NCBI GenBank assembly: GCA_034780895.1
Contig: JAUZTB010000066.1
Coordinates: 22,878,963 to 22,942,962 of the forward strand
Direction of reading: 5' to 3'
DNA: 64,000 bases
Source: Rhynchobatus australiae
Lineage: Eukaryota
This document shows positions 27,232-40,714 of this stretch, one piece after another. The notes beneath the pieces were generated by a model that saw nothing but the letters and a program-made list of their open reading frames with translations, was not told the DNA's origin and did not search any database. Position numbers and translations under genes: made by a program. Every line of letters starts with the position of its first letter. Position 1 is the first letter of the stretch.

Positions 27232-27565
27232 CTGCAGGCTTGACAAGGTAAATGTTGAATTGTCACGAACAAGAGGACATAGCTATCAAGTAAGGGGCCG
27301 ATCATTTGAAACTGAGGTGTGTAGGAACTTCTCCTCTGAGAGGGTGATATATCTCTGGAGTTTTCTGCCCCCAAGGGTGGTGGAGACCAAATCATTAGAA
27401 GCTAGATCATTAGATATACTTAAGGCAGAGATAGATAATTATTGGAAAGATTGAGGGTTATGGGGAACCCGCACAGAAGGGGAATTGAGGCCAGCGTAGA
27501 TCAGCCATTGTCATAATAAAAGAGGGGCAGACTTGAAGGGTTTGGGGGCCTACTCCTCTTCTTGT
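27232..27565 (+). mobile_element. CR1 LINE 3' end
   Basis: ORF SRTRGHSYQVRGRSFETEVCRNFSSERVIYLWSFLP, the CR1 C-terminus, followed by the 3' UTR motif gatcagccat. Confidence 0.85.
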
Positions 27566-29921
27566 GCACATTTAATGAGAAACAGGGAAAATGATGCAAT
27601 CTTTGGTTTTCCAGTGTATCCTTTGTAATTGAAGTACTGTATGGGTCTTGAAAACAGAGAAAAGATACAGCTGGTCACTTTTGCATGATATAATGTTGCA
27701 CAAACAAATCATCACAGACACATTTTCTGCTACCTTTAAGCCATATAGAAACTGCTATTCTCTGACAATTTGGGACAAATCTGCCCAGTATCAGTTGATT
27801 ATAGTTCAGTGTATTGTAACTGGAAAGAAGATTGTGGATATGCTGGAGATACCAAGTGATAGGAATATTTTATCATAATTTTTTATGCTTTATTCTTTTT
27901 ATTCGATCCGGGTTACTGATGTTACTGGCAAAGTCAGCAATTAATGTTTTTCCCTTATCGCAATTGAAAAGGCTGTGGTAGAATAAATAAATTGGACAAT
28001 TGTTCCTGAAAATAGCCTTACTTGAAGAATGACTAATTCAGTCTTACAACCTTAAGCTTCTCACAGTCTTAAGTATTTTTTCAAGTAAATATTTATTCCT
28101 CTTTAAAAGAATTTTAGGTGTTTACTTTAACTACAAATCTTTAGGCAATATGGTATAAATATGTTATAAGCTGTTGTTATATTTAGACTACTGTGGAGAC
28201 ACAGTCAGCATTGAAACAGCATTCTAAGAAATTCTCTGGGGCTCTGCATTCCATAAGTTGATGAGGAATTTGGGAAGATTAATCAGTAGGTAGATGACAT
28301 CTATTGAAATTGGACTGTGTTGGTAGAGCGTAATGTGCCTAAGTATTACTGAGGGAAGCTTCACTGAAGCCAGGGAGCTCAGTAGCTTCCTCCTGGTAAG
28401 TTTTTAAAGTTAGTTTTTCCTTGATACCTTCTCACACTAAGACAATGAAAGACATATTTTGAAAATGCTCTGGATGTCCATTGGAACACAAGAAATATTT
28501 TGCCTCAGACCAGAATTATACTACATGGGTTGATTTTTAAGTGTGATCTTAGTAAACAGGAGAGGTCCATTATCTTATGCTTTTCTCTTTTAAAGATCAT
28601 TTAGATCCTGAGTCATTCAAGTCTTTTGTGACATTGAGCACCTGGTATTGATCTGTATTGATGTAAGGGAGGCTGTGTTATAATCATAAAGGTGTGTAAC
28701 CGATTATATTTTGACTGGAAGGGTGGGAGGTTGGACTGTAGGACATGGCATGATGTTAGCTTGTTAGGAGCTAAAAAGGTGCAACAGCAGATTATTTGTT
28801 CATCTAGGGACATGAGTTCCCTTCTAGTCTCCATCATCGTTGCTGAAGAAAGTGAGATTTGTTGCTCTCGCAGCTGTTTGTCATCCTTCATTCACTAACA
28901 ACCTTGTGTAAAAGATATTTTGTGCAATAAACGGATTTAATTTAGATTCAGCTCCATCATGAATAATTAAGTGGGGTGATGTGCAACCTCACAAACTGGT
29001 CCTTTTTTTATGAAGCTGTCTCTGGAAATCCTGATCCAAGCATATTTTCTGGCAAGTATACCATGTCTTCATCAGAATTGTGGAATTGTGCTGAATAAAG
29101 TCGGGGGGGGGGGGAGGATATTGACTTGCTTTTTCATTTCTCACACGGGACTGACCCAAAGGTGGAAAATTAACATTTGATTCCATGGTCCATTTCTGAG
29201 TAACATTGAGCTTTGCTTTTTCTTTAAAAGTGAATTTTGATTAGGCTGGCATGTAGATTGCTTCCTAACTAGTGAAGATTCTCGTACAACCCAGATGAAT
29301 ACATTTACAGGCAACTTCTAACCTTTGGACATGCCTGGGCTCAACCCATCTACAGTACCACTGAGAAATCCTTGATGTAGGGGATCTTGGGGAGAACTTA
29401 GTCCTCTGTTGTATACTCAGTACAGTGCGGATGACATGGCAACTTCTGCCCAGTGAAATCCACTTCTAAAATTTAGTTTCAATAAAGTCAAAAGGAATGA
29501 ATTTTGGAAGTGGAGATAAATGCTCAAACATTATGATACATAAAATCAGGGCACATTTTTGATTCTTTTTTCTTCACTCCTCTACCCCACTCCATCCACT
29601 GTGGGATATGGAGTGAAGGAAACACAAAAGAATAACATAAGAGCAAGAGTAGGTTGCTTTGCCCCTGAAACCTGCTTTTAATTTATTTGGATGATACCTT
29701 AATCTTTACCTCATTCCACTAATGTATTTATGTTTCACTATTAATTGAAACTGACAGAACTAACAGCCTTTGTGATCCAAGAGGCACTGATACACATTCA
29801 AAATGACAAACAATTGCTCATATTCTTGTCACTAATTTTAAGTGGATTCCAAAATGTTTTGCATATACGAACTAACTTACCAGAAGTTCGCCAACAACTT
29901 AAAAACAAACTTAATTATAGG

Positions 29922-30690
29922 AACAACACACAAAGTGCTAGAGGAACTCAGTGGGTCAGGCAGCATCTATGGAGGGAAATGAACAGTTGACATTTTGGGT
30001 CGAGACCCTTCACCAAGACTGGAAAGAAAGAGGGCAGAAGCCAGAATAAAAGAGTAAGGGGAGGAGCAGGTGGGTGATAGGTGGATGTAGATGAGGGGGT
30101 GGGGGAGATTAGCCGGTAGGGGAGGGGGAGAGTTAGACTGATGTACGAAGCGCGGAAGTGNNNNNNNNNNNNNNNNNNNNNNNNNNNNNNNNNNNNNNNN
30201 NNNNNNNNNNNNNNNNNNNNNNNNNNNNNNNNNNNNNNNNNNNNNNNNNNNNNNNNNNNNAGCAGGTGGGTGATAGGTGGATGTAGATGAGGGGGTGGGG
30301 GAGATTAGCAGGTAGGGGAGGGGGAGAGTGAGAATGATGTAAGAAGCTGGGAAGTGATAGATGGAAGTGACAAAGGACTGAAGAAGATGGAATCTGAAAG
30401 GAGAGGACAGTGGACCATGGAATAAAGGGATGAAGGTGAGGAGGGGAACCCGAGGGAGGAATGTATGGGTGATGGGCAGATGGTGAGGGCAGGGGAGGGA
30501 AATAGAAGGGGTGATGAGGCTGGTGGGATAAGGGAAAACAAAGGGCGGGACAGAGGGCACTGGTTACCAGAAGTTAGACAAATGCCATCAGGTTGGAGAC
30601 TGACAAGGCGGAAGATGAGGTGCTGTTCCTCTAATCTGTGTATAAGCCCAATTTAGCTGTACAGGAGGCTGTGGACAGATATGTTGTTGT
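29922..30690 (-). mobile_element. Penelope-like element 3' end (GIY-YIG C-terminus plus terminal repeat)
   Basis: The reverse strand near 30585-30640 reads RLEEQHLIFRLVSLQPDGI; the terminus is acacaaagtgctagaggaactcagtgggtcaggcagcatctatggaggg. Confidence 0.8.
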
Positions 30691-32044
30691 GCGCGTTATA
30701 ATTATAATAGTTCTAACTATAGAACAATGATATGCTAAATCAAGGAGTTGTTCTGAAATTGCAGGTTCTGTGGACTTTATATAACCACATTACACAAATA
30801 CCAAAGCAAGTTAGCAACATTGACTTAAGACCATTATTACTAAAGGACAACATGAGTATTGAAAGAATAAAGATCATTTGCAAAGGAATAAACCTCCCTG
30901 ATTTTTTAGGGTATTATTTGGTATAGTTATTGGAATTTATTGGAACCTGCCATAAAAGTAACGTGCTTCATCGCCCCAGCTTTCTTTCTTTTCCAAACTT
31001 TGCCAATTCCATAAGTGACTTGAAAGACTAGTTTTATGAGTATTGATATGGGAATTCAATTGTATCACTGCCTCCATCTCCATGCACAGTTAAAGAAATT
31101 AAGGTTAAACGTAGTGAATCCAACATCACCTAAAAACATGTTCCATTCGAGGAAAGTAGCAAATATTTAGAAATAGGATCTTATATGTACACCATTTTAA
31201 AGGGCCCTTGCTAAAGTGCACACACATTATTAGGATGTTCAGGGAAATAAAGACTCTGAAGTGTGTGCACTACAATGATGGAGGATAGGAATGGATGATT
31301 GATTTCAGGCCTGCCCTCCAACTAAATGGTTCTCACAGGCCTCTTTCCCATTCTGCAAAAATAAATGATTGGATGATACTGATACCTGCCAAGGCCAATG
31401 GGAAAAGAGTGGAGTTTGACGGTTGATGAGTATGTATTTAAAATTGACAATTATTCAGCAATAGCTCATATGCTTTTTATTTTATTTGATAATTCATATC
31501 TTATTTTCCTTTCATTTGAAGAACATTTCCATTGAGCATGAAAAACATTCCCCTTGGGAAGGTAGAGTAATTTCAATCTCCTGGCTTGCACACAGTTCAG
31601 ATACCAGTGAACTCCCTGTGAAGTCTCCTAGCTTGATTCCAGCAAGCTGACCTTTTAACAGGTTGTAGAACAAAATGATTAGTCTGTAGCTCAGCACAGT
31701 GTGGTTTGGTCACATCTGTTTGAAATGACAAAGAGAGCACTTGACAGCCATTTAGCTGGAAATGTTGCAAGTTCCCAAGTTGGTCTGAGAGTAATTTCAT
31801 TGATGATGGATTTGGACAATGTAAATGGGGGGATGGATGGGTCAAGAAAGAAAGAACCAGCAGGTGAAGTTATACCCTTTAAAAACATGTAAGTAGTCCA
31901 GAAATTAAGTCATTCCAGTCATTGACCAATATAGATTCCCATATAAAATCAAATAATCCAAAACTAAGGAGGAGGAAATAGATATGACTTTCAATGTGAA
32001 TGGATGGGTTATGGTTGGAAACCCAGGGAGTTTTTGTAGGAAAG

Positions 32045-32165
32045 CAAGAAAAAACTATAGATACTAAAAATCTGAAGTAACAACAGAGAATGCTGAAGAA
32101 ACTCAGCAGGTCAGGCAGCATCTGTGATGAAATAAACAAGAGTTAATGTTTCAAGTATTTCCATC
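32045..32165. mobile_element. Penelope-terminus-derived short repeat
   Basis: aatctgaagtaacaacagagaatgctgaagaaactcagcaggtcaggcagcatctgtg. Confidence 0.6.
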
Positions 32166-33832
32166 AGAAAAGAGTATTTCTGTAAATCTCTTTTTTTATC
32201 TCAGTTTTTGTGGAAGTATAGTTAACTATTTAATTGGAATTTTTACATTGTGTCTGCAGTCAAGACATTCATTTGCGTTGGATGTGAACAGGCAAACTTT
32301 AGTGCAAGTTTTAAGCTGTTAGTGATGATGCTCTGATGTGTACTTAATTAATTTTATTATCCTCAGCCAGTGTTGGAAGCATAAAACTTGAATATTTAGA
32401 ATGTGGAATAACTTAGCAATCATCCTGTAGGCCAGTGTAAGATAAATTAGTATCCGCCTCAAATGTTGGATGATGTAAATTTGAAACATCAATGGCACAT
32501 GACACAGAAATGGAAGAGTTTTTCAGAAGCTGATAACATGCTATCACACCTCAAATAACACCACCCCCTAACTTCCACTTTTAACAGAGATGAACAGATG
32601 TTCTAAAAGAAATGAGAGTTACCCACCAAATGCACCATAACTGTACAAACTAAGCTATTTAGATTGGAGCTTGTTTATTCAAGCTGCTTTCCTGATATCG
32701 GTGTTGGCAGTTAACAGGTTCAAGAGTCAACACAGCATTTGATAGAGACACGGATGTGGATAGAGGGCAAGTGAAACGAGGTTGTAGTAATTATTGACAG
32801 CCAATCGGTTAACTAGTGTGCAGTTAGTGATGCTGAAGTAGCTGATGTAGAAAGGCTCCGTCTTGCAGATACAAACACAATAGACCCCTTTGCTAGATAT
32901 CAGTGAGTGAATTTGATGGTGAAAGTGGAAATCTTTCTCTTCAAGTAACCAATACATCTGACAATACTTATCTTTCTCTCACCTTCTTCTTCTCCAGGTG
33001 TTCTTTTGCACCAGTGTGCTGTTTTCTCTTTTGCTTTGTGCCTCTTGGCTTGTGTGTTTCCTTCTGTACATCACTCTCCCACCTCCCCCAGCTCTCTCAA
33101 GCTTTCCCCATCTCTCTGACACAGACAGCATTCTTACTAATCATGTTCCCATTTTCTTTCTCCATCTGCCATTCTCTTATTGGATCATTTCTTACTGGAT
33201 CATTAGTTGAGCCTGGCTACAAGTGTTGGCTTTGGGTTGCCTCCACGTGCTACCAAAGGATGGTCGGGGTTAAAAAGTCACTTAGCCAGGGAGAAAGCCA
33301 GCAACCTGACCTGGGATGGGACGGTGATGTTTGTGTTTCAATTTCACTCTTGACTTGGTATCAGTGCCACGTTTTTTCTGCTTGGCGAGGGAGCTGCGAG
33401 TTGGGAGGCGCTTTCCCGAGCATTGGATTTGAGCTCACCTCAGCACCTCGATCACGAAGTGGATGATGAGCTTCATCCAGACGTGGAGTGCCTTTGCAGG
33501 CAGGTATCTGACCTACATCTGGGCACATTGTTCAGTAAATTCCTGGGGGCCATCTGGAGTAATATAAAGATGTTCAGGCCTGGAGAGGGTTCCGTTGCTT
33601 CACGGTCGAGATAGAGTCAGGTCTTCGTACCCAAGCAGACCTTCAGTAAGTAGTAAGGTGTGGAACCGAAGGAGGCAGTGGTCAGAGGAAGGTGGTAGTA
33701 CACATGGCAGGTTGTTGATATATAACAGGGAATGGAGTGAGAAGGAAAATAAGCGGTGTTAAAAATTCAGCACCTGTCATTGGCTGGAGTCAGTGACTTT
33801 CAACAATAATAAGCTGAAGTCAATGATGTGGC

Positions 33833-34290
33833 AGGCAAGTGGTCTGGAGCCAATGGATCAGCAAAGAGAGTGGGCTGGAGCTAGAGTGCAGAGTGTGGGC
33901 TGGAGCCAATGGGGGAGTGCAGAGAGTGGGCTAGAGCCAATGGGGGAGCAAAGAGAGTGGGCTGGAGCCAATGGGGGAGTGCAGAGAGTGGGCTGGAGCC
34001 AGAGTGCAGAGTGTGGGCTGGAGCCAATGGGGGAGTGCAGAGTGTGGGCTGGAGCCAATTGGGGAGTGCAGAGTGTGGGCTGGAGCCAATTGGGGAGTGC
34101 AGAGTGTGGGCTGGAGCCAATGGGGGAGTGCAGAGTGTGGGCTGGTGCCAGTGGGGAGTGTTGAGTGTCGGCTGTAGTCAATGAAGTGACACCAGTATTA
34201 AGCCAAGGTCAATGCAATGGTGGCGAGAGTGGGCTCAGATCAATGATGCACAGAGTGGGTTAGAACCATTGAGGTGCTAAGAGTGGGAGG
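33833..34290. repeat. 31-bp minisatellite with shorter variant units and degenerate edges
   Basis: Unit gtgtgggctggagccaatgggggagtgcaga recurs at 34011, 34042 and onward. Confidence 0.92.
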
Positions 34291-34756
34291 ACACAGACCA
34301 GAGTTTCTGATGGAGTACAGAAACTGGGAAGATTAGACTCTTTTTGCTGATGTGGCACATTCAGTGCAAGTGAGTTCATCTGAGGTAACTGGATAGCATA
34401 AAGTATAGGGGAGTTGTGCAACGGTTGGTGGGAATTGGGGTGGGGAGTGAAGGGTTGTTGATCTCCTTAACAGAGATCACCACACACATAAAAAATGGTC
34501 ACTTAGAGGCCCAACATTTGGCGCTGCCTGTGAATTGTAATCTACTGTGCCGGAAGCAGATTCCTGTGGATTCACATTTTGTTTGTTTACTCGAGCCTCA
34601 CATTGGGTCTCTGAAGAAAAAAAGTGGAGATGTTGCAGAGTTGATTCTTTTTTCTTTCTTCTGTGTTGATTTTTCCCCCGTTTTTTTATTCTTCAGTGGA
34701 ACGTGTTTGAGGCAGGAAGTAAAATCAGAGGTGTACTTTTCCAGAATGTACTTGGA

Positions 34757-35290
34757 GCAGCATAGTGGTGCAGCGAGTAGAGCTGCTGCCTCACGGCTCC
34801 AGGTATCCAAGGTTCAATCCTGACCTCTGGTGCTGTCTGTGTGCAGTTTGCACATTGTTCCTTGTGATGGTGTGGGTATCTCCCAGGTGGCCCAGTTTCT
34901 TCCTAAATCCCAAAGACAAGTAGATTAGTGTAAGTGCTGTAAATTGTCCCTACCGATACATCGTATCTCCTATCTGGATGCANNNNNNNNNNNNNNNNNN
35001 NNNNNNNNNNNNNNNNNNNNNNNNNNNNNNNNNNNNNNNNNNNNNNNNNNNNNNNNNNNNNNNNNNNNNNNNNNNNNNNNNNGTATCTTGGTACAAGTGA
35101 CAATAATAAACCAATACCAATAAAGTGTACATGAGTGGTAGAATCTGGGACGAGTTGATGGGAATAAGTGGGGGTGGGGAGGGAATAAAATAGGAATTAG
35201 ACTAGTATTAGTGTAAATGTGTGATTGATGGTCAGCACAGACTCAGTGGGCCAAAGGGTCTGTTTCTGTGCTGTATCTCTCTTTGATTCT
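34757..35290 (+). mobile_element. HE1-like SINE with CR1-type tail, carrying a nested insertion
   Basis: tagtggtgcagcgagtagagctgctgcctcac...ggttcaatcctgacc head, V-domain core, and tail ggtcagcacagactcagtgggccaaagggtctgtttctgtgctgtat. Confidence 0.75.
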
Positions 35291-36843
35291 GTAAGTCTAA
35301 AAGATACCAAACAATAAAATGGCAAGGAGAAAACAGTGAAAAGAAACAATACGAATCCTTTGATTTGCACAATGCAGGTGATTAACTTGAGGGACCTTTG
35401 AATGAGTTGCTATAAAGTGTGATATTTTAACTTCAACAAGAGCCAAATGAGTGTTTGCCACAATGGCTTGATGTTACTGCCTGGAGGCTAATCATAACAT
35501 TTCTTTGATAAAAGGTGATTCAGAGACTTGGGTCCAGACTCTTCCATCCTTCATCTGGCAGGAACATCGGTTGCATTGATAAAATCTTAAGGGGAAAAAG
35601 AAAGCCAAAATGAAATGCCTTTGGGAGGGCTTACTTTTACTTCACTGCATTTGCTATGGAGCTTTGAACCTGGTGTGAAACGTGGTTGCAATGTTCAACC
35701 ACCAGAAACTCCCCGCAGAGTTCATTCTGTCAGACTTGCGAGGAAGGGAGCCTTATGAATGTGTTTAAGTGACAAAACTGAGACACTGTTGATGGTTCTC
35801 CACAGGGACTGAAGATGGCACAGGACTTCAAAGCCTGCAGACATCCAGATCTGGGAGTTCTTTTCCTTTCAGGTCCAACTCTGTCAAGCTCTAGGGGGAG
35901 CTTGGGGGAGGGAGGTGATTCAGATTGTATTTCACAGAGATTGGACAAGTAATGACTTGTTTCCGCTGCAGTAACTGGCCCTTTGAGGAAGATTTAAGTA
36001 GAAGTTTGGTACGTGGAATGGAGATTTTAGCCAACTTTTGCAGACAGTGGAGGAACGCAGAAACCTTACCAAATGAAAGAAGGCCCGGTACATTTTAACC
36101 CATTGTTTGCCAGTTCAATAATAGTTTTCAACAAGGTTTGTGAAACATATAAACAGAGAATATTTCTGAATTATTATATTAAAATATATATTTGCAAGGA
36201 GTAGAAATTAAAATGTAACATTCAGTGCAGGANNNNNNNNNNNNNNNNNNNNNNNNNNNNNNNNNNNNNNNNNNNNNNNNNNNNNNNNNNNNNNNNNNNN
36301 NNNNNNNNNNNNNNNNNNNNNNNNNNNNNNNNNNNNNNNNNNNNNNNNNNNNNNNNNNNNNNNNNNNNNNNNNNNNNNNNNNNNNNNNNNNNNNNNNNNN
36401 NNNNNNNNNNNNNNNNNNNNNNNNNNNNNNNNNNNNNNNNNNNNNNNNNNNNNNNNNNNNNNNNNNNNNNNNNNNNNNNNNNNNNNNNNNNNNNNNNNNN
36501 NNNNNNNNNNNNNNNNNNNNNNNNNNNNNNNNNNNNNNNNNNNNNNNNNNNNNNNNNNNNNNNNNNNNNNNNNNNNNNNNNNNNNNNNNNNNNNNNNNNN
36601 NNNNNNNNNNNNNNNNNNNNNNNNNNNNNNNNNNNNNNNNNNNNNNNNNNNNNNNNNNNNNNNNNNNNNNNNNNNNNNNNNNNNNNNNNNNNNNNNNNNN
36701 NNNNNNNNNNNNNNNNNNNNNNNNNNNNNNNNNNNNNNNNNNNNNNNNNNNNNNNNNNNNNNNNNNNNNNNNNNNNNNNNNNNNNNNNNNNNNNNNNNNN
36801 NNNNNNNNNNNNNNNNNNNNNNNNNNNNNNNNNNNNNNNNNNN

Positions 36844-37305
36844 AAAAACAATAACAGTACAGAGTAAAGTGTCCCAGCTACAGAGAAAGTGCAGTGCAAT
36901 AAGGTGTGAGGTCACAACAACGTAGATCGTGAGGTCAGAGTCCATCTCATTGTACAAGGGAACTGTTCAATAGTTTTATCACAGTGGGGTAGAAGCTGTC
37001 CTTAAGTCTGGTGGTATGTGCCTTCAGGCTCCTGTATCTTCTACCCGATAGAAGAGGAGAGAAGAGAGAATGTCCTGGGTGGGTGGGGTCTTTGATTATG
37101 CTGGCTGCTTCGCCAAGATAACGAGAGGTAAGGACAGAGTCCAAGGAGGGGTGGTTGGTGTCCGTAATGCTCTGGGTTGTGTCCACCACTCTCTGCAGTT
37201 TCTTGCTGTCCTGGGCAGAGCAGTTGCCATACCAAGCCGTGATACATCCGGATAGGATGCTTTCTATGGTGCATCTGTAAAAGTTGGTGAGAATCAAAGG
37301 GGACA
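36844..37305 (-). mobile_element. Young Rex1/Babar LINE 3' fragment
   Basis: ORF ILTNFYRCTIESILSGCITAWYGNCSAQDSKKLQRVV...IIKDPTHPGHSLFSPLLSGRRYRSLKAHTTRLKDSFYP; the 3' UTR runs into the N gap. Confidence 0.92.
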
Positions 37306-38499
37306 GATGTAACCTGACTTGCTGAGTATTTCCAATATTTTTGATATCACCTTGCGATGGAATCTTTTTACATTCTGTTCAGGGAACAGATGGGGCCTTG
37401 GTTTAAAGGCTCGACTGAAATGCAGAAACGTTGCAATCTCTCTACTGCAGTGCTGGGTCGTTGTAGATTTTGATGTTCAAATCTCAGATGTGCAAATTGG
37501 AAATATCATGAATGTCCTGTTGTTCCATTTTAATGACAATGAGCTGCCTGGAAATGTCAATTATCAGAGCATTTTGGAACTGAACAGCACTTTTCCTATG
37601 TTAGCAAAGATTGGCCTAAAAAATCCTGATGTTGACTGGTGTGTTTGTTTATCAATGATGCTGGAGCGTTGTCTGTTTTGACTTCACTCTAAAATATTTG
37701 CAGAATTGGGACCTTCATGTAAAGCAAAGTTCTCTGAATTTTTCAGATAGTGATTTCTCAAGCAGTATTTCTTAACCATTCCTGGATTGAACCTGTCAGC
37801 CGCCATCTTCAATGAGTTACTTCTGTGAGTAACATGACCCTCATAAACTGAACGTTTGTCAGCAAGGATTTCTTTCTTCCAAGCCAGTAATCCTTGTTGA
37901 TGCCTCTGCTTTTAAAGCATTGTGTAGGGAGAAAATAGTGAAATAACTGCATTAGATTTCAGTGAATTTCTTGAAGGCATTTTTCAAATATCATCACAGG
38001 ATACATGTTGGACTGTTTCAGGTTTCCTGTCTGTCATCTACACTGGCCTGTGGACCAGAACATGAAATCAGATGAATGGAGCAGGAGGGTGTTAATACCT
38101 TTGAGGTTTCAAGCCAAAAGAACAGCTGATGATATCTTTTGTAAAGACAAACCTTTTCAAGGTTCATCTTGGTAATTTCCATGACTGGGTGTTTTCTCCT
38201 TTCTTTTCTTGATCACTAATACCTTTCGACAGCCCAACCACCAGGGTAAAAGTACATTCCCTCCCCCACTGCCACACTGTGGCTGCAAGGGTTCCATCCA
38301 CAGGATGTGCTACAACCACTTCACAAGTCATCTTCTGAATCTTTTAAGTCTGACATCATTGCTCCCCAAAAGAATAAGGATAAGGACAAAAGCAGTGATA
38401 TCTGGAAGTGGCTGAGTACACTTGCACCAACAATGCTTGGACAATATTTCAACATTTAAGTACATGGAACAGTCTAACTGAACATTACTGAACAGCTGA

Positions 38500-38935
38500 C
38501 AAACTAGTACATGGACAAGTTTGTGAGGAGCAATTAAACAGAGTAGACTGAAAGTGTCTGAAGTTTACAAGAATGATGTGATCTCATTGAAACATACAAC
38601 ATTCTAACTGGGCTTGACAGTAGACGCAGAGTTGATGTTTTCCCAGGGTCTCTGGAGTTGAATGACAGTCTCAGTCTCAGAAGCAGAGGAAAGCCATTCA
38701 GGACTGGGCTGAGAAGAAATTTCTTCATTCAGATGGTGGAAAATCTTTGGAATTGTACACCCAAGAAGGCTGTGGAGACTTAGTGTTTGGATATATTTCG
38801 GAGAGAGGTTGGTAGATATTTGAATATTAAGAAATGGATATTAAGGATATGGTGTTAGTAAAGGAAAGTGGTGCTGAGGTGATAGATCTGGAATGATCTT
38901 ATTGAATAGTGGAGCAGGCATAAGGAGCTAAACAG
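38500..38935 (+). mobile_element. CR1 LINE 3' end
   Basis: gaatgatgtgatctcattgaaacatacaacattct...ccattcaggactgggctgagaagaaatttcttcattcaga...tctttggaatt. Confidence 0.75.
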
Positions 38936-39394
38936 ATTTGGAAATAAATCATCGTTCCTTCCTAGCTATTGGCTTGGAATCCTGGAACTCCTTGCTTAAC
39001 CATGAAGGCATCAGCACCATTTGACTGCAGAGATTCAAGACTGCAGATCACCCCAGGCAATTAGGAATGGGTAATGAAGGAGGGAATTGTCAGAATGCGA
39101 ATGAATTTAAGTAAACACATTACAGCTGGGGATCTTGGATTCAACAGATCGGCACAGATGGAATGTCATTGGATGTGTTAGATCAAACTACCAATTTCTT
39201 CAATACCTTAAGTGCACAGAATTGATGAAATCTTGCTGATCTTAAAACAAATTACTCTCAAAGAGTGGGTGTGTAAAATGTGGTCTTCTGAAGATCTTAC
39301 TAATTATGTTTTCAAAGCAATACTGGTTATAAAAGGTGTGCTGCTTCATTTGCCACAGTATTAAACTACCAGGTCAGGCAGAGGTTAATGAAAA

Positions 39395-39555
39395 TTTTAA
39401 AAACAGCAAATGCTAAAAATCTGAAATAAAAATAGAAAATAGTCGAGGGTTCTGACAAAGGGTCTCTGACCTGAAACAATGATTCTTTCCCTTAATACAG
39501 ATTTAGACTGGTTTGCTGAGTGTTTCTGGCATTTTCTGCCTCCATTTCAGGCTGA
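39395..39555. mobile_element. Penelope-terminus-derived inverted short repeat
   Basis: gcaaatgctaaaaatctgaaataaaaatagaaaat...gacctgaaac...gctgagtgtttctggcattttctg. Confidence 0.5.
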
Positions 39556-40714
39556 AGTTTAGGAGTTACTGAGTTAGAGTTATGGGAAACCTGTACCCAA
39601 TGTGACACTGTGCACATAGCTGCTGCCTCTTTGATGGAAGCATATATTGGGACACTCAAGTCCAGCTGTGAATTGGTGGGGTGGCTAATTAACATGTTTC
39701 AGGGGAGCCTGATATTCAAATTCACCATGAGTCACAGTTGTTACCCACCGACCTGAACTCTACCAGTGAAAATCAGCTGGGGACTGCTAACCCCACAAGG
39801 TGTATACTTGTTTCAGCTGACCTGGTGGGTAGGAGTGGTTCCCCACCACACACACAGCCGCAGGAGCTCCATGTTTCTGTTGTTGGGTACTTGATTTTTT
39901 TTCACCTCACCTGCATGCTGTCCACTTCCCTGTAATTAGTGGGGCCTATCTGCCTCTCAATGCATAATTAGCGCTGCAGTATTTTGCTTTTGTAACACTT
40001 AATCAAGTCAATTTAACAACATGTTTTCAGTAAATCTTACAAGAACTTGCATCAGAAAACATTGCACAGATGCTCAAACTGCATAATCTTGACCTATTCA
40101 TGTGCAGTTTAATGTACCAAAGATTTTTTTTTAACTTAGCTTTAAAATATTTCACAACCTCCTCTCATTTATTAATGTTTGTTTACAAGCTCATTGTTAC
40201 TCATTTAGACATAAAGTTTAATTTTATAAGAATGATTTCCAAATATATTAATAATCCAAAATTGATATTGTGAAAATAAAATATTGATCTCACCAATTGC
40301 TCCTTCAGAAATGGGGTGTATTTTCACACTGCCTCTGCATTGATTTCCTAAACTAATCGGCTTGCAATAGCAGTCTGGTAATTTGTGGTTTACAGATTTC
40401 CTGTGACTGTGCATTTAGTTTGTGTTTTGATTTTCCAATCCATTCTATTGATGTTTTTTATTGTGGAGTGACAATTTTGTCGGCTTGCATTCATGATGTT
40501 GGGTGGAGGTGGTGGGTGGTGTTGGAGGGCTTTACATGTTTCAGAAAATTTCTTTCCTTGTTCCAAGGGGGGGGGGGGGGAGAAATGTATCCTTAACTTG
40601 AAAGGAGTTGATTCACTTGTGTTCACTTTAAAGTAAAATTTGTTTCTTGTGCATCTACTTGGAGCCCTGGGTGACTGGAGTTATTCCAAATCAATCCGTG
40701 TGGATCTTGCCTTG

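Noticed and set aside
29967-30656. Pro/Ser-rich 197-aa ORF
   Set aside because: It is the purine/pyrimidine-biased 3' region of a Penelope element and spans a gap.
32903-33830. 187-aa ORF, and a reverse-strand SDHCLL motif near 33670-33690 suggesting an L1/Tx1 endonuclease
   Set aside because: The ORF is low-complexity with no recognisable homology. One short motif is not enough to call a LINE.
33793-34184. Repetitive ORFs on both strands, and a possible CRISPR-like array
   Set aside because: They are translations of a head-to-tail minisatellite with no unique spacers, no cas genes and a eukaryotic context.
36208-36957. Longest ORFs in the track (209-249 aa)
   Set aside because: They consist almost entirely of the 611-N gap.
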